DNA from: Lama glama | Lineage: Eukaryota | NCBI GenBank assembly: GCA_028534125.1 | Contig: CM052816.1 | Span: forward strand, 94,676,001 to 94,740,000 | DNA: 64,000 nucleotides | Reading direction: 5' to 3' | Shown: one piece after another, positions 54,131 to 64,000 of the stretch | How the letters are laid out: the number at the start of each line of letters is the position of its first letter | Position numbering within the stretch: position 1 is the stretch's first letter | Translations under genes and position numbers: made by a program | The notes under the pieces: generated by a model | The model's database searches: none | The model's input: only the letters and a program-made list of their open reading frames with translations | Told to the model about the DNA's origin: nothing

Positions 54131-54704
54131 GCTGAATCCTTTACATGGGGGTGCCCTGTCGTAACGCAGGTAACCCAGATACTTGTTTTCCCAGAATCAG
54201 CCGAGAAGCTCAGTGACGGCAGCAGATGCATCCCAGTCCACCTGTGCCTGAGAAGTTGGTCCTGTAGCTGGAAGGATGCTCTGGTGGTTGTCCCCAGCAG
54301 GGACTCTTGCCCCAGCTGGCCTGCTCACAGACGCCTTTGCGTGCCCCTGGGTGTCTGGTGGGGCCTGACCACCTAGAGCTAAGGTCAGTCACTCCTGCAG
54401 CAGCCTGCAGGCTGACACCTGACCCCTGGGCTGGGGCAGCCCGTGGCAGCCCAGAAGACGCTCACACGTGGTGGCCAGCACTGCCACATGCTGGACCAGG
54501 GTTAGCGGCACCTGCTGAGGTGCCATCAGCGCGGCCACTGTCTCACTATGACCTTGGCCTGTGCCTTTGTTGAGGCACTTGTATCTGTTTAATAAGGCAG
54601 AGGGGACAAAAGGCATCGCTGTGCCTGCCTCCAGGGCCCCACAAGGATGCCAGAGTTGAAGTCAGCTAGCAACCAAGATGCAGCCGTAGCTAAATCAGTG
54701 TGTC

Positions 54705-54860
54705 CCGGCTTCTCCAAGGGTGGTCTATGGACCAGTGACACCTGCATTGCCAAGAACTTGAGAAAAATTTAGAACCTCAGGCGCTCCCCCAAACCTGTTG
54801 AGTCAGAACCCGAATGTTAGTCAGGGGACTCATACGCACGTGGCGTTTTGAGAAATACTG
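54705..54860. mobile_element. MER5A1-like MITE
   Basis: ttctccaagggtggtctatggaccag...cctgttgagtcagaa...ttttgagaaatactg. Confidence 0.6.
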
Positions 54861-56839
54861 AAATACACAGCTCGCCTGCTCAGCTCCTCTCCACCTACCC
54901 CGAGATAAGAAACCAAAAGCAGACAGGTGCTGGCCCACCGCTGTTCGTCTTGTGTGTTTCACTAGAACTAGAACATTCTTAGACAAGTAGACTTGGAGCC
55001 AGATGGAGTTGTGATGACACAGGACACCGTCCGCCTCACTGAGGACGCGGAGCCCTGAGACCCTGGACTGAAAATAAAAACGGAAATGGTCCGTCCTAAG
55101 ATTGCAAAGATGTCAGATGCCACGTTCCTCATACTTCACGAGTCGTGTCTTGTCACTTTCCAGGTGCCTGCCTGTCACAAAAGGAACTGAACAAAAGAGG
55201 CCTGTGTTTCTAACTGCCTGGGAAGAAGTGCTGGTGGTTAGGGAGGAAAGGCCAGACCCAGGGTCATCTGCTGCCACAGGGATGAGATCGCAGGGGCACA
55301 CTTGCTGCTGGAGCCTGGCCTTGTCTTTGCTCAACACGCTGGTCACCCGCTGCGGATCGTGTGTGTTTCCCGCAGGGCCCCAGTTCACACCTGACCGCAG
55401 TGTGACGCACTAACTGTATGTGCTCATAATTCATCTGTTTGTTTTTCCAAGTTGGAACTGTCTTAAAAAGAAAATCCCTTTTTCTTCTTTGCAGTTTTCA
55501 GCCTGTTTACAATTTTGCTTCTTCTTGTTACTCTTCTGAATGGAATAAATTCAGAATAAATTCTGCAAAATTGGAGGAAGGAAAGCCTCACCCATATCTG
55601 GGTGATGCGGCCTCTAAGGAAACACAACTGTCACCCAGATTTGGGTGATGTGGCAATCAACATGCTAAATTATTCTCACGGGGAAATCTTTGAGTCCCAG
55701 TAGATCACAGTGTTCGGTGAAAGGTGAGGGGAGGCCTCATAATTACAGTAAGTTGTACTGGAAACTTTATCGAGAATGCTTCAGCATTTTGTACCTTGTC
55801 AGGGACCTGTGAGCATTCAAGTTCTTTGTGATAGCGGCAAAGTTGTATGACGTTAGCATAATGTGTGAAAATCTAGGGTTTATGGAGAAGATGAAACAGG
55901 AGGGCATTTTCCAAAGCAGACTAACCTTTTATATCATTAGATGGCCTGTTACATTAAAATTATGAGGCTTCAGTGCAGTTTTGTCATTGAATACATGTGA
56001 ATTCATAATCTCCCTTCCAGGTAACAGTCTGAAATATGGCTCTTAGCCTATAGTACAAGAAATGTGTTTGTATATTTTAACATTTATAATAACATGAGAT
56101 ACAATGTCAAGCTAAGTCAATGAGTGAATGATCATTTGCAGGTAGAATTTAGTGCATGGACTTGACTCAAGATACACAGGAAATCGTTTGGGGTCCTATA
56201 AAATGCTAAATTATTTTGTGAATTGGCATAGGAGTAGGGAATTAGATTTTGGAATTTTGATTTGAGTCAAAAACAAAAATCAAGAATAGAACAAATAAAT
56301 CCTTATTATCACGAGATCTGCAGCGGCATATTTGCCTCCCTCAGCAATTTACTTAGCATACAGTTATGATATGATGAAATTAACCAAAATTATGTGATCT
56401 TTTTTTATTATTTCTAAAAGAGCTTTTTTGCTGAGGTTGTTTTTCACCCTGGAGTTTAATGATAACAGATATCAAGCCAGACTTTTTAGGAAGTTCAAAG
56501 TCCACAAAAGAACTGGTTCAAAGCCATCAGCCATCACCACGGGAAGGCTCCCTGCCCACACAGCCATGCTGCTTGGACACGTTGCTTAGTGATACCAACG
56601 TGTCGGCCGGAAACATACTCCTGAAATCAGAGCATTCAGCAAGGAAGGAGGTGCAGTGAGGATGTGCAAGGGGAAATCTGCTTCTCTAGATTACTGAGTT
56701 TTAAAAAAATCTGTTCCTTTTTTATAGTCAATTGTAGTATGAACTCATAAAGAGTTCTTATGCGAATTGGCATTTCTTTTAAAAGACAATATGGATTAAA
56801 TAGATATTAATAAAATCACTTCTATAAAGATTCTGAAAT

Positions 56840-57185
56840 GAGTCTCCTGCAGAGGGCCTTTGCTCTCACTGCTGGTCCCCTGTCCGAGAAACACCTGGCT
56901 CTTCCTCCAGCACGGCTCCTTCTCTGCCCTGGTGAAAGTGTCTGCTGAAATGTCAGATGCTCAAAAAGAACTTTCTTGACCATCCTATCAAACAGTGTAC
57001 CCTCTGACGGTGTCTTCTTGCCCCACCGTACTTTATCTCCTTCAGTACCTTTATCTCTGTACCGGCTTGAATGTGATGACTTACTTATTTTCAAGGCAGG
57101 AACCTTGTCTGCCTTAAGCACCGTGGTGTCCGCAACTCCTCAGAGTCGCTCACTCAGCAAATATGTGTTGAGTGAATGAATACAT
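56840..57185 (+). mobile_element. L2 3' end
   Basis: agggcctttgctctcactg...cactcagcaaatatgtgttgagtgaatgaat, the L2 terminal (TGAA)n. Confidence 0.75.
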
Positions 57186-60100
57186 CAATCAGTACGGATT
57201 AACTGGTACATGTAAACACTGTGTGTAAACTCTAGGCCCTGGAAATTTATTTGCAAGTCAGTTTAAAAGTGATAACTGTTTCGTATCACTGGTCAGATGG
57301 AACTGAGCCTGTGGGACTCTCTGACCCAAGGGAAGTGTGGGTGGAGGAGAGAGACAAGCCAGGCAGCAAGGAAACTTTACCCTTTTTGCTCCGTACTTAT
57401 TTTCCACGTCAAGCACTCCCTAGGCATCCACTCCTGCCTCCTCCTGGGCTAGCGGGTGTCTGTCATCTTCGCTTTGCAGGTTTCATTTTTGCCGTATCCC
57501 TTCCTAAAAAGGATTCCACCTTCCCTCGGTCATGTCCGTATTTCTTTCCCTTTTGAACGTCATTCATTCCCTCATTCTTTGCAGCTATCCATTAAAAAGC
57601 ATCACTAATGCTTTTTTAAGAAAAAAATCAAACTATAAGATTTACATCTTGCAGTGGTACTTCACAAAATTATCCATTTTTTTCATTTATAATATTTCAG
57701 AATTAAATCTCTTAAGTTGTTTTTGATATTTTGCTAGTGTAAGTAGTGTTTGATTGTTTGCTTAAATCCAAAGAGGTATTTTCACGAGATCGCATCATTT
57801 CTTGACTCTAAGATCGAGTGGCGTGAGAGTCCTTTTTTCAATGTCGCTTTATCAGTTGCAGAGCCCTTCACACCCGATTTCTCTCTCCTTGATCCTCCCA
57901 CAATCGTGTGCCACACAGACGCATGTATTATTATCTGCATTTTTATGCTTGAAGAAACCAGGGCTCAGAGAGGTCCAGTGACTAGTCTTGAGTTGCCCTG
58001 CTGGTTAAACACAGATCTGGGGCCCAAATCGTATCTTCCCACTTCAGGTTGTTTGGGCAAAATTGACACAAGGAAGAGCAGTAGATGGACTGGTTTAGAT
58101 GCTGCTTCTGTTTACTTCACACCTTTGGATATTACGCATCTTCCCTCCCGAGGCCCCCTTTCATGTGCAGGGTTGGAAGGTGAGCCATGTGTTCAAGCTT
58201 CTGCACAGGAGTTGCTCATGTAAGTGGTGGTGCTGGAGTGAAGGCCTAGGGCCCCGCCACTCTCCAGGGGTCCAGGGTGCCCACCCCTCTGAGCCCTGGG
58301 TGCCCTTACCTCCGTCTCTGCGCAGAACTGAACCTCTCCTCTCTCCTCCCACCAGCAGTGCCAGAGCCGAGTGGCCAGGAGGGACCAGGTTCTGGGCCAT
58401 CTGAGCATCCCTTTGAGTCAGCAGTGAGCTGGTGACTGAGGTCCTGGGGCAGATGCAAACTCTTGTGTAGCAACTGTCCCAGGTGCGGTCCTATATCAGT
58501 TTGCAGGTTCCCAGTCCTCTGGGACCTGCAGGAGGCCCAGAGCACCCGTGGGTCTATTACAGTGCCCTTCACCCTTCAGCCCTCCTGCATCACAAACTGT
58601 CTTAGCCTGTAAGCTGAGCATTCGTGTTTCAGATGGGCGCCTTCAAACCCACTGATTTCAGAAACATCAGATAGGAAAATTATCAGGGCCTGAGCTCTCT
58701 AGACCCAAACTTTGTCTTGTGAAGAGGAGAAGGAAGAGTAAAGCATGTGATAGCGTTGAAATCTTAGTGTAGGATGAGGTAAGCATCGTTGCAGAACTTG
58801 GTCACAAAGTGCTGTCTGGACACGGATATTACACTCATTACATTCACACAGCCGATGTCTGTGCTGGCGGGGGAAGGTGATGCACTTGGTCTGGGCCATG
58901 GAGTCCGCGTTGCCTTTTCTCTTTGGCTCATCTGTTTCCATGGCCCTTTGTCATCCTGCAGTTCTGAACCGTCCGCTTGGTCAAGGTGAAGTTCTCAGAA
59001 TTGTTCTCCACCAACATAATTGGCCTTGACATCCGTGACATTGCGACAAAGTCTGTTTCTCCAGCATTCTTTTCTTGTTATGTTCACATTGTTCTGGTTC
59101 CTGGCAAAGATACAAATGTTTGCCAGTGGTGTTTTGAGTCCAGTGTAATACTGAGGGCTCACTGTCAAATAAACCATAATGGTGAAAGGAAATTATTACT
59201 AAAGACAAGTGCATTTTCTTTGAATTGGCAAGTATGTTCACCATCTCATGAAATTTTGGAGCATACTCCCAGAAGAGGCTGTGGGAGAATTTTTTTCTCA
59301 AAATTGCCCCAAATAAAATAGGCCTTGTTAATATGGATCTGATACGTTCTTTCTTAAACAAGAGTGGTAGAAGGCATGAATTCCAGAAGCTGCACTTTTA
59401 ACCTTTAATTCCTTGCATCTCTTTTTCCTCTGACTTCTCTCTGTCTCTCTTGCCAGTAACTGTGCCCACCCATGAGCAACTGGAACCTGACTCACAATGG
59501 ATGCAAAGGAGTGTCAACAACGCTCCTTTTAAAATGCCTTATCTCATTGCTATGCATAATGCTGAAATATGCAGGTGTCTTTTGCACAGATGTTTCTACA
59601 GGGAAACACTGTGAACTTACGGTTCTATCAAAAGCATGCTAATTAAAAAAGGATGGTATATTATTCAACTATTTAATAATTTTACTTTGTCTTTGTCTTA
59701 ATACCAGCACATAGAATTTCTGATAATCTACCTCATCTTAAGATTCTTGCTTCTTGCCTAGGACCTTTGGTCATTAACTTCTGATTCATGATAGTAATAA
59801 CAATTTCCTAATGCCCAGTAAATGCTTACAAAAAGAGGCTTTTCACACCTGCCCTCAGATCACACCACCACTTAAAAGGCCAGCGAATCCTTGCTCATCG
59901 TTGGATGTTTCCAGCTGCTTACCATCAAGGAATGATGATATGGGTTACAACTATAAATCTGCCAGTGATGGAGAACTTTTATTTAACTCTGTGGCTTTTG
60001 GATCTGATGACTGTTCCCTTGTTTTCACACTTGTAAGTCCTTGGCAATTTTATCAAAAGCTTCAGAAGTAGGAAGAATTGACAGCAGGAACTCAAAGCAT

Positions 60101-61770
60101 ATCATAACTTAAATATATTCCTGGAAAATTTGAGCATGAGATAATATTCAGTGTGATGTTGGCATTTGATAAATCAGATGCAATGAACTGAATTATGCAA
60201 AACAGTAATTTTGAATCTATCACTCAGCTGAATGCTATCTAAATCAGAATTTATTTAATTACTAGCAGAGGGAAAGGTAAGGAACCTGCCTACTTTATTC
60301 CTTTCCCTTTCATCCAATCATTCAGTGATTTTTTTTTATTAACACTGAATTCGTAGGAGTCTCAGCACTGCCCCAGTCATTTAGAACTGCTCTGCTTTGC
60401 GCTTAGTTAAAAGTAAAGCAGCCCGTGTGAAAATACACCAGGAAAACATCGATCTGCTGGCAATTTCAAAGCTTTTGAATGGCTTGGTCTCCAAATATAC
60501 TAGACAAGAATATTAAAAATCTTTAGGGTTAGATGATCCTGAGGAAGTAGCCCTTGAACATTGAAGATGTTGGCTGTAAAGTGGCCACCGGCCGAGAACT
60601 TGGACAGGTAGAGCTGTGCGCAAACATCACCAATCAGGGAGTTCCAACTCCCTCTTGCTTTAAGCTGGAATGGAGGGCTTCCAGCTGGGACTGTTCAAAG
60701 GAAGTTGACACTTAAATGCTAGCATTCCATGCGGGTATTAGCGTTGGAGATTTAGCTGAAGGGTCATTGCTAAAGTCATCCATAGTCTCATTTGGTTCTT
60801 GTTTGAGTTCCGTACTCACGATGCCCCACGTCCTTCTCTGTCCCTAGAGGTCCTCCACTCCATCTGTCCCTGGGATCGTGGCTCTCCTGGCGTGTCTGCT
60901 CCTGTGATTCTCGCTGTACCTTGGATGAAACTTTTACTCTCAGTCAGCATCTTCTTTTTCACATGTCCACTCAAGCTCTTAGCCCTCATTAAACTCTGTT
61001 TCCTTTGGTGCAGAGGTTCCCTGGTTCACAGCACTGCTTTAAAGCCACGTCTCTTCCCATGCAATGCAGAAAACCCAACAAGCAAGTGACACCAGTAAGG
61101 ATTTACGTCTCCTACCAGGCGAAGGATGTGCAGCCTCAATTTGTAAATTAAACCAGTTAGTGGCACCATGTGTATGTGTCCGGCCATTTCAGAGCAAGAT
61201 AGACTAAATGCACGTGCTTCAGTTTGGAGGGTAAGGGTAAAGGAAAATGTATTGAAAACCTTCTCCTTTCAGATCTGCTGTTCTCAGGGACTTAGGCTGT
61301 TGTTACATCTGAACATTTGGTTCATTCATTGTCCAGGAACGCACCGCTGATGAGAACAGATTCTGGCCCACTTTTCAGGGGCAGCACCAAGATGGCTTGC
61401 CATCACGGCTTATTCATTCACTTATCATTTTAAATAATAATTTCCCGTTGTAAAACTTCAGGGGCAAGGACTGTGGTATAATAAGAGGTTTTTAGGTTTG
61501 ACCGTCTGCCTGGTTCCTTCTTCAGGGAAGAAGCCTGCTCCATTGGTTAGGCTGAGAAAAATGCTGTTCCACTGGCCCGGATCACTGTGGATTTTTCTCA
61601 GGATCTTTAGCATCCTTCTAGGGAGAGGAGGTCTAGGGGCAGAGCATGATAGCTGGGTGATGCTGAGAAGCTGACTAGCTTGACCTGTTGCTGTCATCCC
61701 ATGCTATCCATTAGCTTTTCTGCCGATTGCAGTGTTTCCGTCGTGCCCCCAAATTCAAACATGTCTTTGA

Positions 61771-62100
<330 letters not shown>

Positions 62101-63585
62101 TGAAAGGAGTGTGCGTGTGCGTGTGCGCGCGCGTGCACCGTCTGCTGAGAAGCACTGTGATGCCCCCTGCTTCTCACATTCATGCCTGTGATCATGATGA
62201 TGGAAACCCAGTGAGACTCCAGTTTAGCTCCCTGAGTCTGTGGCAAATGAAAGAAGTCCCATGGGGGCTGTAAGCTTCTCAAACAGGGAAATGGAAGGAA
62301 ACACTACTAAGTTTTGGTGCATCATTAGTAATATATTTAATGAGTATAACCACTTTAAGAAAGCACAGTCATTATTATCCAGGACATGTAAAGGCACGTG
62401 CCTAAAGCTGGTGAGTGTTTCTTAATCGTACAGTCTACTTATTTGGCAAGCTTGCAGTGGAAACACATATTTTCTAAACATGTGATGTATTTTTGTAAGG
62501 CACTGAGAATTTATTTCATACACACTATCAAGTAGAATCATATGAAGTCATTATTTAAAGGTCGGGTATTGGTGATTGCATATGGTTCAACTCTTTGGCT
62601 CTCCTGGATTAAATACATATTTTGAGTTGAACACAGCCACAAGTCACACGAAGAAAGACAAGTGTTTTCCAGAAAAGGAAGCTGTTTGTGAAACAGCTGG
62701 TCAAATGGCATGATTAAGTGTGTTAAAGAACACTTCTCTGAACTAGCAAATCAGTGTAATTGAGAAGATAGAATCTCACTTACTCCAAAGCCTCACGTGG
62801 CTAAATAAACTTAGAAAAATATTATGCCTCTGGTTTGCAGTCAGTAGAGCTTTGTCCTTCATTTCTGATGAGACACGTGACCCTGCACGGGGGCTGAGAC
62901 ATGGGGACTTGGCACCCAGGGCTCTGCGTCTTCAGACTCTTGGAACTTCCAGTTGCCATGAAGGAGAGAGTAGCAATTTCGTTAAACTGCAGTATGATAC
63001 TAAATTACACGTTTTGGAAGCCAGGCAAGCCGTGTCGCTTTTAGAGTTGATTATTGATATTTACATTTGAATATTGCAGTGCATCGTAGGAAGAAAGGCA
63101 CAAAGTGCTCTTTATTTTACTTTTGACATTGTAAATGTCATCCAGGGTTCATGATGCACATCTCAGTTCAGACAGAAAGCATCCCCATTTATTTTTCTGT
63201 CAGAATTTCCCTCACCTTCAACCTGCTAAATCCACTCCAGTCTGTCTGGGGTTGGGCTATTGTAGCATTTCTTTTGTTGCACATTATTAATTAAGGTAAT
63301 TTTATTTCCACACACCTCTTATAAAAGATAAAGATCATCTCAGTGACATTCAATGTCTAATTTGAAGAGAACCTGACAACAAAAAGGATTATATTGAGTC
63401 TCTGTTCCATATTCATATGTTCTTAGAATTATCTCTTGTTGATAAACTTCTGGGAGGTTAATGAAAAATTAGCTGCAATAGGAAAAAAATACTCTATTCA
63501 TCGATTGCTAATTAAAAATAGGGAAAGATGTTCACACTTAAAAAAAAAAGAACAGGGACAGCAGCAAAGCTAGCGTCGTCTCTGA

Positions 63586-63920
63586 GCCCGGGGTTGGCAA
63601 ACTACGGCTCACGGGCTGAGCCCAGCTGGCCAGCTGCTTAACAGTGCTCATGAGTTTAGAATGATGATTACATTTTTAATGGTTTGCAATCCAAAGATAG
63701 ATACTATTTTGTGGCATGTAGAAATTGTATGAAATCCGGATTTCAGAGTCCATCAATGGTCATTGGAATCCAGCCCCGCCCACTTGGTGCCCTGTCAGCT
63801 GTGGTTTCTGGCTACTGTCATCCGCAGCGGCCGAGCTGAGTGGTTGTGACAGGCCACGTGGTTGCTGAAGCTGAGCACACTCACTCTCTGGCCCCTCCCA
63901 GAAAAGTGTGCCGACCTCTG
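63586..63920. mobile_element. MER58-family (MER58B-like) hAT-Charlie MITE
   Basis: Imperfect terminal inverted repeats ccggggttggcaaac ... gtgtgccgacctctg, about 335 bp, with internal ttacatttttaatggtt and ttgtatgaaat motifs. Confidence 0.8.
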
Positions 63921-64000
63921 CGCCACGCCGTCAGTGGAGAACTAGGCTGAATGAAGGAGCAGGTGTTTTCTCCGGTCCCTCCTGTGAGGGAAGGCAGCAG

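Overview
Mammalian genomic DNA, very likely camelid given the tRNA-derived vic-1-like SINEs. The whole window lies inside CTNND2 (delta-catenin, + strand). Five coding exons are recognisable by translation and GT-AG boundaries: 8245-8279, 8672-8788, 24438-24613, 39285-39849 and 61832-62026 (exons 4-8 by recalled human numbering). Their splice phases chain correctly and encode the N-terminal Pro/Ser-rich region upstream of the armadillo repeats. Exon 7 sits in an intragenic CpG island preceded by CCAAT and GC boxes. The introns hold ordinary interspersed repeats (L1, L2, MIR, HAL1-like, MaLR/ERV LTRs, hAT-Charlie MITEs, SINEs) and microsatellites. Repeat family names come from recalled consensus sequences, not a search. 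I found no convincing novel multi-gene system. The best leads are small structures: a related hairpin motif on both sides of exons 4-5, a candidate internal promoter, a perfect 106-bp tandem duplication, a poly(A)-only retroinsertion with a 16-bp TSD, a nested L2>LTR>SINE>SINE stack, and two candidate cryptic exons.
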